A DNA stretch of 61,741 nt, counting the filler, from Sphacelaria rigidula (taxonomy: Eukaryota), in the NCBI GenBank assembly GCA_964200075.2. It is 9 parts of 9 records of this genome, joined end to end, with 100 filler letters (N's around TTAATTAATTAA, not from the genome) between each part and the next. Parts side by side here need not be neighbours in the genome. Positions count along the whole stretch, not along the records: positions 20,617 to 27,388 come from CAXNAA020018159.1; positions 27,489 to 34,259 come from CAXNAA020018160.1; positions 34,360 to 41,130 come from CAXNAA020018161.1; 6 more parts are not named here. One strand, given 5' to 3'. Both the position numbers and the translations under genes were made by a program. Under the pieces are notes generated by a model. It did not search any database, was not told where the DNA came from, and worked only from the letters and a program-made list of their open reading frames with translations. Below are positions 23,250 to 36,546 of this stretch, piece after piece. How positions within the stretch are numbered: the first letter of the stretch is position 1; every line of letters starts with the position of its first letter.

Positions 23250-25600
23250 GTCCATCAATCCCCATAGTACACTATTTAGGCCAGATTCGCCAGGTACCCG
23301 ATGAGGTCTTTCGCTTTCATAGATGGATCTTCGGACTACCCTGATAAATAAGCGCGCGGCGCCGCCTGAGTTCCCAGCAAAAACAACCATGGCACTCGCA
23401 GAATGGATTATATGCCGAGTTATTTGACATTCGCGAACACAGCAACGACCAAATTCGCAGCGTTAGTTCGGGAAAAGATATTCCCGGATCTGTCCGCTCT
23501 TGGTGCCAACTACCTTGTCGGCATTTTCGGGGGGAATGCATGTGAGTTCGCCTTCTTGCTACGCGGCTCATGCACCAGCGAACAGGTGGGTCCAGAACAA
23601 TCCGATGGACACAGTGGGGAGAGTTTTTTGGCCTAAGTTCCGCCTCAGGAACAACTATGTCCATCTGGTAATTCTCATCCGCGGTCTAGGGGTCACAGTC
23701 GTCCACAGTCGTCGTAATTCCCCGTCGCTTGAATAGATCCGAGAGTGCGTGGACCAGCGGCTCGTGTTGGTCTACGTCACTCCCCATTCCGAGTTGAAAA
23801 AGCGTGCGTGGCGGGTGGTGAGGTTCATCGTACCGCTCGATGGACATCGGTAAGGCTCGTAGCTAGGGAGTCTCCGCTCCGCGAGTACACCGCATTGTCC
23901 CGGCGGTGCCATGCGGTTGCTCTATTTGGGTCGCCAGAGCCTATTCCCTGGAATGCTATGATGTCGAGCCTTTGCCTCCGAAACCGTCTTGCCTCCGCTC
24001 AACTGGTCGCCCAGAAAAGGCGGTCGACCAGCTGGGAGCTTTCCGTCCACAAGATTTCCCCGTGGGCACATGCAAGCAGCCCTGGCGACAATACTGCCAC
24101 TTGATATTGAGCACTGACTCTCCTATGATCGGCCTATCCGGGAGGGTCCCTTCCAGCGAATGTACCATGGGCGAATGTACCACGGGGGTTGACCCTCATG
24201 CGCTTCCACAGTCGACCTGACGAATTTGCGATGGTTAGCCGTTGCGTATCACGAAAACTGCAAGCGACGACCTGCGCTTGATCGCGGCTGAGGCGAGAAC
24301 TAACCCCCTGTAAGCGGTGGGTATCGCGGGAATAGGTCGAAGGTGGGGAATTTAGTTTTCCATGCTACGCGCCAGCGTCGAATATTTTCTGTTCGTCCGC
24401 GGTTTGTGTGCATCTTTATGGCGTTCTTGATCATTCATCGTCCTCGACGATACGCCCACGTGCTAACCAGCTTCGACAGTTCGGTGTCCATCATGCGCTC
24501 CCAGAATCAAATTTTCAGTTCTTGATCCGTGATGATCAGCATAGCCGCCGTTGTGTCAGACATTTGCTCTTGAAGGTGACTCAAGTCACCTGTTTCCGTC
24601 TCACTGACTTTCACTGCATGTTGCTAGACGAGCTCATCCGAACTGATTGGCATGCCAGTCATCACACTCCTACCCTTCTCCGCCACACTCAGGCCCATCT
24701 CCGCCAGCGCCACTTTCTGTTATGTAGGGATGTTGGTCCGCGGTGGGCACCGTCCCTGTGTGAGCGTAATGGATGTTTACGCCCATGTGAGCCAGGTGTT
24801 CCATGAGGCAGGAGATTGCCCTCAGCGCGTCGGAGGCCAGATTGTGCAGTATCATCACTAAGTCGTCGACGTAGATCAGCACCCTCGCCCCGAGAGCTCC
24901 GGAATGACTCCGAAACTTGCGTAGAATCGGTCTGACAAGGAACAAACACTGAATAGGGCGGGCCCTAGTACGTCACCTTGTTGAATTCCCCTGTTGAAGA
25001 TTTTCCACGGTTCGCCAGTGTACACCTGGAAGAGACATCCACGAACGCGTCCCCATGACACGTGACGACAAATCGTGGTTACGCCGGCACACGGGCGACT
25101 TCTCTGCCAGAACTGCCTTCCGCTTGACTGAATTGACGCTCGTACTGGGTAAATGAACCAGTGCCCTGGCTGGTGGTGTGCTTTTGCAGGCAGACTTATG
25201 ATTTATTCTCCATCGAACAACGCCTTACCGTATTGTCAACTTCACAAGTTGGTCTCCCCAGGTACCGTTCGTTCGATACTACCAGGCCGCCCGTATTGCC
25301 AACGCACGTCGCCCGGTGAATCCAACGCAGATCGGACGGCACTTTGCATCGAGCGCGATGAGACTGCTCTTCAGGAATAACAACCAGAATTCCGGCGGAG
25401 GGTATCAGCTTGCTCGATGGTGTGTCGCCACAGAGAATCAACGACTGGGACAAAGTTCTCCGCGCTCACCGTAGTGTTGAGGACACATTCCAGGTGTGAG
25501 AAGCGCCGTCCGTTGTCCCCGATCGTCGACAGCGCATCCCGCTGGTTGGTGACCGCAATAAGCGTGGAGGGGTCGTCGTCAGCGGCACTAGTAGCCCCCT
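23250..25600 (-). mobile_element. Decayed non-LTR retrotransposon with RT plus C-terminal restriction-like endonuclease (CRE-like)
   Basis: In order on the minus strand, across frameshifts: GRRFSHL, LIALDAKCRPICVG, GIQQGDVLGPALF, IYVDDL (RT motifs), then CPSSG...TRHAR and QHEPLVHALS (degenerate Zn knuckle) and YQMDIVV (REL endonuclease motif). Confidence 0.8.
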
Positions 25601-27388
25601 GCTTGCTTTCACTGTTACCGCCGCTGCCGTTGCCACTTCCGATTCCCCCTCTTGATTTTCGTGCAGGCTTTTCCGAATGTGCCCTCTTTCGCGCGCGCAA
25701 CGTGTTCCGTTAGTATTGCCCGAGCCACGCCGAAGATGCCATTTTGGCGACAGGGGGTGGCCGCCTTCCGATAGCGGTGGTCCTGCCGGTTTCGCTGACG
25801 AGGCAGTCCGCGCAGTGAAGTCCGCGCAGTGCAAGAATAGCTGCGCCAACGAGTGCTGGAGGCAGCACTCCACCTTGACAGCTTCCGCAAACCCTTGTTC
25901 CACACGGGCGATGGAGAATGTGTAAAGGGGGTCCGCCATGACGAGGCTAGTTTGGTGCCATGGGAAGAAGCGGTCGGTCTGACTCGCCGGCGCCCCCCCC
26001 CCACCCCTAACGGCCTCCACCCTCGCGCGGTTATTCCGGTCTTCTTGCATGGCATGATCGTGTGCCCGCTGGCAGTCATCATGCCTAGCTCCACAGTGTA
26101 TCGTGAGGTAACAAGGCGGCCCTTGCACTGGCGAGTGGTTCAGGATGTTGAGTGCGCACCACATGTGTATAGTATGCGTACACTCCTTCACCTACTGATG
26201 GCTTTCGACGACTACTACACGTCATACATTTTGTCGAAGAATGTGGATAGGAAGATTTTGAGTTTGCGGGTTTTCATCCTCGATGAAAAGCTCCATCCTC
26301 GATTTTGATGATCGGCTATTCTAGCCCTGCTCCAGGGCGTAAGACGACGCAGAAGGACCAAGCCCACAGTTTTACAAGATCCTTTTTTTGTTTGCCATAA
26401 GAAGCGGCACTGCATCCTACAGATGAGCAACCCTACTAATTTCCACGAAAATACGACTCCAGGCCCATAGGATGACCTTTGAGTTAAATCGCATTGAATC
26501 AAATAATATAACCACGGGTCATTTTCCGCGTCACGAATCACGAAGGCCGAAACATCTCGAAATACCCCGAACCAGATATGATTTGGTACGGAACATATTG
26601 GGGCAAGTGTCTGGATTGGCAACAACCCATAGCTCGCACAAAAGCCCCGAATACGGACAACAGGGATAGTGCATCTGTTGGCTACGGCACTTGACGTGAA
26701 TATTCCTCTGAAACGGGGATAATGCTGCGCGAAATTCCGGCGTGCTGGTAGCGGTATTCTCTTCGCTCATGTTTTCACAAGTTTGTCTTGTTGGTGGGTG
26801 TTGGTGAGACGCGCATCTTGCTCCGATAATGACTGAAGAAACACCCGTCACGAAAGAGCTAAGTATTTCGGCATGTAGGTAATGTGCGGGAAAACGGGTC
26901 AACAAATCGTGGGGCGATAACTCAGATGAAGTTGCATGAGGGAGTATGAAAAAAATCTGTCCGAAAACAGCTTGTAAAAAGTGTTTGATTCGACGCTTGT
27001 TTTCGCCGGAGGACAGTGATAGTATGATGTTTCCCAGAGGCTTCCAGCGCCCGTTTCGACCTTTTTTGTACGCCCACTTTGACGTCTGCCCGGATGAATG
27101 ATTCATCAAATAACCCGCAAAAACCTTCGAGGTCTCTCCCAGAAGATATTACTACCGGCGATCTTAGAGAACGCGGTAGTGTTATTTTGTCTCAAAGACC
27201 GATCTTAGCGTCGGTTCCCGCGTTGCTTGAGAAACCGTTTGCCCGACCAAGAGTCAAACTAGGGGCGCGAAAGATCGGGAAAGTGCTGTATAGAATCCTC
27301 CCACAGTCATGGGGGGTGAACGGGGGAGGTCTCTTTACCAACTGGTCGGAACAAATGGTTGACGCGAATAATGAGGTGCCTCCTACAT

Positions 27389-27488
27389 NNNNNNNNNNNN
27401 NNNNNNNNNNNNNNNNNNNNNNNNNNNNNNNNTTAATTAATTAANNNNNNNNNNNNNNNNNNNNNNNNNNNNNNNNNNNNNNNNNNNN
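27389..27488. other. Artificial contig spacer
   Basis: N44-TTAATTAATTAA-N44. Confidence 0.97.
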
Positions 27489-28290
27489 CTTGTCAAGAAA
27501 TTGGAAGTTGTGGTGAAGTGAAGATCATCTACTTCAGATGTTGCACTGTTTTGACACTCAATTGACGTCTGCCAGGGCTTGAGCGACGGCTGATGTCCAG
27601 TAGTACCTGCCTGTAGAGTTTCGGCTTCGTGACGTCCGTCAGCGGTGAGTAATCTTATGATTTGTGAAAGACGGATATGTTGGAGAATGATTTTCTCGCT
27701 TGTACAAAAAAGCAGTACTTTTTATAGGGATATCCATCGCTGGTTTGTGAGCTGTACCGGGTGGAATCGAGCCGAACTGGGATGAGAAGGTAGCTTCAGA
27801 TACGTACTACAGCCGCGTATCGCTTTAGTTGCACTATTATCTTCTGTACACTTCTTAAACTCCGCCGCGTCTTCATTTTGGGGGTGGTGGTGGGAAACGT
27901 GACACTAACCCCCGGCGTAACACTGTGGGGGAGTTACTAAATCTCATACATAAATGATGACACGATAATGATAAAAATGAATAAAAAATAAAAATGAAGT
28001 AAAAAGTACATGTGACAATGGTATGTGTGTGTTGTCGTTCCATCTATTCTGGACGCCGGTGTACACCTGTCGGTATGAGTGGGCGCACCAGCCCGGGTCA
28101 CACAGAAGTAAGGTCAACACAGGAGTGTTTTCTTTTTCGTTTGTTTTTAGTACTCCACCTTTCTTCTGCGGTGCTTGACTTTATTTTTTATCGCGAAAGG
28201 GGCTGAGCACTCCCTTTCCCTCGTCGACCGTTGAGTCAATTTTTGTGTACCCTCGACATTGTCGCTCTCCACTGTTGGGCATGTTATGAG

Positions 28291-28352
28291 AAAAAATCTC
28301 AGATCGCTCCGAGATTTGAACCCACGACCCAACCATCAGAAGGTTTCGAGGT
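28291..28352 (-). repeat. tRNA-derived SINE head, second copy (A box missing)
   Basis: Minus strand reads ACCTCGAAACCTTCTGATGGTTGGGTCGTGGGTTCAAATCTCGGAGCGATCTGAGATTTTTT and matches 20473-20516. Confidence 0.7.
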
Positions 28353-28700
28353 ACGTATGAAAAATAAAAAATCGTGTTCATGAAGCTTTAATTCTTCGCA
28401 TACCTTCGGTGCCAAGTAAGGCCAAGTTATATTCATGGGTTTCGGCAATACATTGCACATCACATTTCCACGACCAGAACAAGACCAGACAAATACTACA
28501 GTGCTTCCCAATGCTTGCTCAATCAAGCTAAACGTATTTATGTGCACCGCCAATTTGCGTCCAATGTGTGTCGCATCTGGTGGTGGCAGATAGGGCCAAC
28601 AGTCATGGGCGCTACCTCACCCAAGTCGCCCCAAAATGCCATTTATTGAGTGTTTCTTGATGTGAAGGAGAAACAAAATCCTACGACCGCCGGAGGGGGG

Positions 28701-28702
<2 letters not shown>

Positions 28703-28736
<34 letters not shown>
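28703..28736. repeat. (GT)n microsatellite
   Basis: Perfect dinucleotide run. Confidence 0.95.
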
Positions 28737-28738
<2 letters not shown>

Positions 28739-31700
28739 TCATGATGATGATGCATGCCATAGTCATCAGACCATTGACCTCGCATCCCTACAAAGCCGGG
28801 ACGGAGCACGACCAGGCTCGCACTCAGTCACCAAGCGCGAGGCGCCGTGGCATGTTCAGCGAGTCGCATGAAGGGTGAGCTGCAGCCTGCCAAGATTGTT
28901 CGGCCCGAAGACTATTGACTATCTTGCATTTGGATAACAGTCTACCATGAATTGCTTTATTTTCTGGTATCATCACTCCCAGAAAATACCGGACGGGGGG
29001 TTGGGGGGAGAGGGGTGGGGGGGGTAAATGGGGTCTCGGAGGTTTTGTTTTGGGCACCCTTGGTCGGAGTCATTGTTTCTCTCAACAAACGATACGCCTG
29101 TTGACGGACGCACGGGAAACGGGTTGGAGACAGGTGAGTATTCTATTGATCGATTGATTGATTATCTCACATTGGCTTATTACTACAATCCGGCCCGTGG
29201 TCAGGAGCAGCAAAAAACAAAGCAAAACAGTTACATTCTATGTGCTGCAATCACACAACTGTGTGCTGAATGCTGCTGCACTAGTGCTGCTGGCTATGCG
29301 GCACTCAGCGTAGAATTGGTGGCTATATAACATGAGCGCCCACGGGAACAAGCGGCCAGCAAATAGTAATTCTCTGCCATTTCTTTTTTCCTCAAAGGAA
29401 GGAGGAACCTCACCCGACACTTATTGCTCGTACCCCACAAGTGGGTAGACCGCCTCGCGGCAGTCATGTGCGGTAGGCGCCTCGAGGATTCGGGAGCTTT
29501 GCTCGAGGAAAGTGTGGGGGTCGAACCCACTAAAACCTCCTGTCAACTTGGCGTGGTGCATGCGCCGCCGCACTCTTACGAGCTCCGACCCTAGTCATGT
29601 TTACAGTGAGCGAATGGCTGCACGGAAATCTAAAATCGTCATCCTATATTTCGACCCCGGCCTGAGTGAAGGGGCCGATGCGATGGTGAACAAAACTGCC
29701 TGGGATTGCTTGTTTGATACGTTTACTACTCCCTATTGCCACATGCGGAAACGGTGTGGTAGCACTCGAGCCAAGCCTCCCTCGTTTCGGCACTGTCACC
29801 TTGCCACATACACTCATATGTTCTGCACCTGAACCTAGCAATCGTCACTATATTATTTTATCGTCAACATGACAAAGTGTCGCTTTCCTGTGTGGTGACC
29901 CGGTTGTAAAGACCACAATTGAAACGGACAGTACAACAGTGCAACATTTCTGTGCACACAGCACCATTGGACACTGCACGACTACTACTACTGACTGTAC
30001 AAAACTGTCTGTGACTTGGAAGCTCCTGTGACGTTCGCTGCCTGACCATGCGTACATTCAAGTCAAGTCATGGGCATGATATGCATTCGCATCAACATAT
30101 GCGACCTCGTAATACGTACGGTCGACTATACACCACTGTTGTACGCTTTTTGCCTGGGGCCCTGAGCCATCCTGAAAGTGGTGTAGAGGTATACGAGCAA
30201 AATACAGTCGCAAATGAACAAAATCCTTCCTTTTCGAGATACGCAAAGGGACAACCCGGAGGGGAAGTCCGAATCGAGCGAAGCAGGGTTCGTCATATGT
30301 ACATCAAACTTCGTACTATTGTCCGGCCTTCCCAACACGCTGCCAGTGCCACCGGGGGTTCGTGTGCGAGTGCTTTATGAGAGTGCTGCGCAAGTTGCAT
30401 GATCAGCAACAGCGGACCACCACACTGCATGGAGCGCAAACAGCCATTTGCATTCTTCACTACTGTACAGAGAGACTGCACAGTACTACTATACTGACCG
30501 CAGGTTGACATCACGAATAATTTTCTTGCTCCAGCACTGAAATTTCCTTTGCTTTGGTGAAATTTGACGACGGACCGGTGTACTGTAAGCTCTTCCGCTT
30601 ATTTCCAGCTTCACACTCAATGTATCAACGCTCAAGGCGCCGCCACAGACTGACAGTACACGTGAGCCCTTCCGATCACGTCCCATCTCGGATCACAGAC
30701 AACATGCGGTACAGAAATTGGTTGATCGTGTGTGACGAGGGCGGCGAAACGGCACTTTTCTGTACTGGACTGGATCCAAACCTGTCGCTCCCCACCAAGC
30801 TCCCGCGGGAATATTGACATACGCCGCAGGTCTCTTCTTGTACCCATTAACACCCAATGATAACAGACAATATAGCCGCAAAGTGATTCGGGCGCTCGGC
30901 GTCCAACCGAAAGCCTGCGTCGCGACGCCTAAACAGGCACGAACTCTCTCGTCTACAAGTATACTGCACATACGCACAACCTCACTTATGGTTAGTCGTG
31001 TGTGTGTGACCAGATCGAGCGCCAACGTCCGGCCATCACCTCCCAATGATCGGCTTTCCCTCATCCCTCACCATGACGCCTGCAGCGGATTTTTTTAATA
31101 CATACATTTTTCTACAGAGTGTAGTCGCTCACCCGCCCGCCAACCATGCCAACATGCGATGAGAGGACTTCACTACGAGCACCAACTGCCCGAAGTATAG
31201 ATGTTCACCTACAAGCCATCTTTTGTGCTAGCGAGCTACACCCCGCACTCACCTCCTAGGACCTGCTGCGCTGCTGTCGTGCTCCCAAGACGTTGGCACG
31301 CTGTGCTGTCCCGCCTATCCTCTTCGACTGAACGTCTTTTTAACCCTATCTCACGTACAAGTAGATCCCGCACGGCACGAACGCTGTCGTCAAAAAGCCA
31401 ACACTAGTTGTTGCTGTTGTTGTTGCCGTTGCAGCGTTGTCGTTGTCGTCCTTGTTGTTGATGTTGATAACCCTCGGTCTTGCGATATGTCGTGTCTGCT
31501 GCTTGATGCCTTTGGGGCAGTCCACACTGTCTGATGTTGACCTACACACGTCACTCAGCTCACAAAAACACAATAACTTCCCACGCGAATACAATATGGA
31601 GTGATATTCGGTACTACTGTTGTACTGACATACTGTGCAGTGTCTGCCTGCCCTCTTCTTGTCTTGTGTCCATTTTTCTGCTTCGCCTGCGGCTAGTTTT

Positions 31701-33943
31701 GGAAAATAACAACCATTAGCGTATGCTTACTAAGTTCCTCCGCCCGAAACACCACCCTCAACTGGCCTCAAACTTCAGACATCCGGTGTTTCGCTTATTT
31801 TTTTATGACTGCAAAACAGACGTCTCCGCCTGAAACTGTGGATGATGGCAAAAGTCTCAACTTTACCCCGGTGTTCCGCACACCCCTGTTCATGCAGCTG
31901 CGGACGTGGAAGCATTGCCCAAATGGAAGAAGTGGTCTCGAAGACGATCGAGGTGTGTTGATATATATACAAGCAGTTCTTCTCGCAACTTAAAGCAATA
32001 TCAGTACTGTCTACAACGAGTATTTTTAGAATTCGTGCAGCCTAGGGTGAACCCCCCCCCCCCTCCCCTCCACCCCCGTCAAACCTGACCCCCGGTGTCA
32101 TTGCAGAGCACCGCGCTCGCATGACGCCACCGGCAGAGACACGGGAGGTGTTTTCTCTAGTCAGAGAGATCGCCTTTTCATTGGAAAGGGTTGTGCTGAA
32201 ATCCATCCATGCCGCAGATGAGACGAGGTGACTGAAGTTTGAAAAGGTTTAAACTTATTCTCCGCGCCAGTGCATGGACCATCTGGACTACTGTCGAGTA
32301 CTGTACTGCACAACAGTACATACCAGCTGGGTACAGGACACCACAGCGCAGCAAACCACAGTACAGTAGTATATCACACCACAGTAACGTTCAGTGCAGT
32401 ACAGAGCATTGTGCTGTCGATGAAGTACATAGTTATGATAAAGCTTCGTGCTGAAATGCGTCCGCAGCAAGAAGAATACTGCCATATTCCGCAGTTTCAT
32501 TTGTCTGAGACCAAGAGGGGAGATCATCACGGGAAGAGGGGCGGGCACTTCCAGCATCAAGAGCTCGCTTCACCGGCGGTGTGCGGAGGTGTAGAAAGCA
32601 CCATCACGCACGAGACCCGCCACAGCACACATCGCCAGCGATTGCCACTGAAAACAGGTGGCGTCCCGGTAGTACACAGCGACGTTGTACAGGATTCTCT
32701 ACATGCCGGCCCCACCCCGCGCGCACGGATTTCAAATCACACTTGTGCACAGTGCAGTACAACAGTACGCATGTAGTGTGCTTCATGACCAGCTGCATGG
32801 ACACAACTTACGATATCACGACCAAGTACTGGTGGCAACGATTGTGTCGGATTCTTTTCAACTGAGTGCTGATCGAGCAAAGTTCTCGGCCGCCTCCGAA
32901 GAACCCCTTTCGAAACATTGGTATCTCAAGCCGTTCCGACTTGAGTCTGTTTCTTCGTTGCGTCAAAATACGCCCACTGTGCGAGGATACTCGTTCTGAG
33001 GGACCTGACGATGCTGGAACAATCAGGGCGTTCCGAGCGACATGCGCAACAAGTGGATATTTGCGCGCACGCAGCGCCCACCACTTGAGCGAGTTCTCTT
33101 GATGGCCAGAGCAGATTCCATCGCAGTCTCAACAAAAAAAAAAATCCGTGGATTTTTTTTCAAACGGAGCGGATTAGGATTGGAATCAAAGGGAGCGGAT
33201 ATCCGGAGTGGACGGAGCGGAGCACATCTCTAGTTTCGACACGACATTTTCATCATCAGTAAGCACAACCAGTGTTGCGCCAAAAAAAAAAGTTTTTTCG
33301 GAACAGAATCTGACCGCGTTTCTCTGTAGTGCACAGTACTGCAGCGCACAGCACCATGAAGAGTGACGTGGAACTGTTGACTGTGGTTCGCACAGCATAT
33401 GGGCGAAGTTTCAGCGCCTCGCAGCGGCTACAGTGCGCGTAGAGCCGTGCTCCATGAACTGTGCAGTTCTATAGACTATATGCCGATCGGTACGCTACAG
33501 ATGGTCATGATCCAGGAAGGGTCGCAGTACAGACCGGTGTCAGTTTGCTTCCACATCGGCCGCCCAGCCGCTCAACATGTCTAAGTTTGTGCATCTGCGC
33601 GTGCAAATATGCATTCGCCTGTAGTGCGCAAAGTCTGGGCTGCTGTATAGCCGATTTGAGGGCGCATGGACGGCATTCCCCGAAATCGATTGTGGCCATG
33701 TTGTCGGAAAGTCTGGGGCCCAATCGCGCGGATGCTTCGCGCATATGCTGTCGGTGTTGTGTCCGACTAGTGTGCAAAGTTTCATGGTGGAACGCGCAGT
33801 CGCAGGCGAGAAAACCACAAGCAAAGTTGCACTGGAAATTGTGAGTTTACCGTAGGAAAGTATCTACACGTCGGACGAACACGAGTGTGACTCGTGGGAC
33901 TCGCTCTCACTGAGCTGCTCGTTGGCCGTAAAAATTAACAGGT

Positions 33944-34200
33944 CGAGCACTCGAGTCACTGCTCGTTGTGGAAAAAAATGATAATGCGAGCACTCGAGTC
34001 ATTGCTCGTTGCGGAAAAATAGAACAGAGCGAGCACTCGAGTCATTTCTCGTTCTGAAAACGAACTAATAGGGCGAGCACTCAAGTCATTGCTCGTTCTG
34101 GAAACAAACCAATAGGGCGGGCACTCGAGTCATTGAGCGTTGTGGGAAAAAAATATAGTAGGGCGAGCACTCAAGTCATCGCTTGTTGTGGAAAAATCAA
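33944..34200. repeat. Minisatellite, six units of 43-46 bp
   Basis: Units start at 33944, 33987, 34030, 34074, 34118 and 34164. Each has a conserved core CGAGCACTCGAGTCATTGCTCGTT followed by a variable A-rich segment. Confidence 0.9.
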
Positions 34201-34259
34201 CCGCTTCGGGACCGGGCCTCCAGAACGACCAATGAGGCTGGTTAGGAATGACGTGTCTG

Positions 34260-34359
34260 NNNNNNNNNNNNNNNNNNNNNNNNNNNNNNNNNNNNNNNNN
34301 NNNTTAATTAATTAANNNNNNNNNNNNNNNNNNNNNNNNNNNNNNNNNNNNNNNNNNNN
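34260..34359. other. Artificial contig spacer
   Basis: N44-TTAATTAATTAA-N44. Confidence 0.97.
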
Positions 34360-34784
34360 CCATGTCGGTTGATGTTCTCTTGAGACGTGATAGCTGGCTA
34401 CGTTTTTCCACACATACATACACGACAAACTCACCTGTTTCGAACCGATCACTGACAGGCAGATTGAAATTGGGACATCACGACGCGGGTCCAGGGGCTC
34501 AGGCCTATGTCGATGACCCAACACAAACAGGTGATGCTTTTCGACTGTATTATGTTGGAGACCACGTCGTCTCTCTGTCCCGTGAACCTCAACACATGCA
34601 TGTGAATCTTGTGAGACGGAGCGGATCCCCCGCCCTCACTGGACAGTACTTGGTCGACTTAACCAATCCCAACCAAACCCCAGACGGTATTCCCCTCTTT
34701 GATCAGACCGATGTATTTGTCCATGAGGGTCGGTAATTCATACCCCTCACGTCCTCTGCATGTCTCGATGTCCTCACTGGTCAG

Positions 34785-35810
34785 TTGCTAGGTTTTGCTC
34801 AAGCGCCCCTCCTACGGGCAGCCTTGTCGAATGTATGTCTGAAGGTGCCACCGCAAACATCATCAGACAGCTCAGAGACACACGGTTCCACTTCGTTCAA
34901 CAAGACTGACCCCATGGTTGTGGACGAATCGACTAATGCGCCTGACACAGACCCTCCGACTGCCTTACTAGATACAGTCTGGCCAGAGCAACGTGTTAGT
35001 TTTCAACCATTATGGGATGAAATTCCCCCCCATTTGAGACACATTGCGTTTGATTTATCTGGTGAGGGTTGGACACCCACGGTGATTGATCGGTTGTGCT
35101 CCATCTTGATACGACAAACTGAACGGTTTTCCAAATCGTCAACGGATTTAGGCCGCTGCAACGCTATACCGTTCAAAATCAACTTTCCTGATGGTACGAC
35201 ACCTATCGCTATGCGTCCGTACCGTACAAACCCTCTTCTAGCGGGTAAAATTCAAGTAATTCTCGACGAATACTTGTCCGCCGGGTTAATACGGCACTCA
35301 ACGTCTCCATGGGCCTCGCCTTTGGTAGTCGGCCGGAAGAAGAATGGTAAGATCCGACTGACCATCAATTATCAACGATTGAACGCAGTCACCAAAATCG
35401 CACGTCTGCCTCTTCCCCGGATAGATGGAATCATCGACTCCCTCGGTGGGGGCAAAGTTTTTTCGAACTTCGACATGCAGTCCGGTTACCACCAACTGGT
35501 GATGGATCCGCACACTATCGAGCTGACGGCGTTTTGCACCCCGTCAGGTCTATATGAGTGGCTGATCACTCCACAAGGTGCCGCCGGCGCCCCAGGAGCG
35601 TTCCAACGTGGAATGTTTCGCGTCATTGATGGACTGTCCAAATACCGCATGTACCTCGACGATGCGGTGGTTCACGGCAGTACACCTCCTGAGCACGTCA
35701 AACATTTGGCGTCCTTCTCTGCTCGTTTTGAACAACACAATTTGAAGCTCGCCTCATCCAAATCCCGCATTGGAGTCACGCGCATCGGGTTCCTAGGTCA
35801 TTCTCATTGA
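34785..35810 (+). pseudogene. Gypsy reverse transcriptase
   Basis: Motifs GLIRHSTSPWASPLVV, RLTINYQRLN, LPRIDGIID, FDMQSGYHQL, TAFCTPSGLYEW, YLDD and GFLGH. It ends at a stop with no RNase H domain after it. Confidence 0.92.
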
Positions 35811-36546
35811 ACAACACATCGGCACTCCTTGAAAATAAGCTGACGCCTTGGGCTCACGCTTCTGTTTCGGGCAGTTTGGCCTCACGATCGTTATGTTCAG
35901 TTGGGAGTGAAATCCGTGCAACTGCCGGCGGGTATGATCAATTTCGTGCGTCTGGTCATCGGATGGTTTGCACTGTAGAGCCGGTCTCTACTGACTGCGT
36001 CCTCCCGCTTCAAGTCCGAGACCTCATCCCGAGCCGGACCCCAAGACGCCGGGCCACGGAAACGGCTGCCGCCCTGGCAGCAGCCGGCCCAGACCTCCCA
36101 ATCCCCAACCCCATTCCAGTCCCCGATAGCCTCCTTGCGCCCCCGCTACCTCCACGGCGCAAAACCCCCAGAAAATCGACACCTTCCAAACCACCTCTGC
36201 CCACCATAGTCGAGACCTCGACTGTGCCTCCCCCACCCCGTGTAGTACCACCTCCGGTACCACACCATCCGACACCCTCCATAACGTAGGAATAGAGGTG
36301 AACGTTCCGTTTGAGAATACACTGACCACCCCTTCTGACCTTGATCCAAATAGCGCCTCGTGTCCATCCCACAGCGATTCGATCCCCTGCGTTTTGGACA
36401 ACCCCTCCGTCAGTGTATTGAAGGATTTGACCCTCTTTTCTCACGCCGATTGGGCCCGGGAACAGCAACCTGAACCTGCTTGTAGAGCAGCTATACATTA
36501 ATTATCCAAAGGATGCCCCTCCTCCTTTCCAGAAACTGAGTTCTTT

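Noticed and set aside
27900-27960. Copia-like PPT/LTR boundary (TGTGGGGGAG)
   Set aside because: No TG-initiated LTR follows and no pol motifs are recognisable upstream.
32460-32600. BED zinc-finger remnant (FICL...GAGTSSIKSSLHRRC)
   Set aside because: The Cys/His ligands are incomplete and no transposase core is adjacent.
33944-34200. CRISPR array
   Set aside because: The context is eukaryotic with no cas genes, and the spacers are short, A-rich and related to one another. It is a minisatellite.
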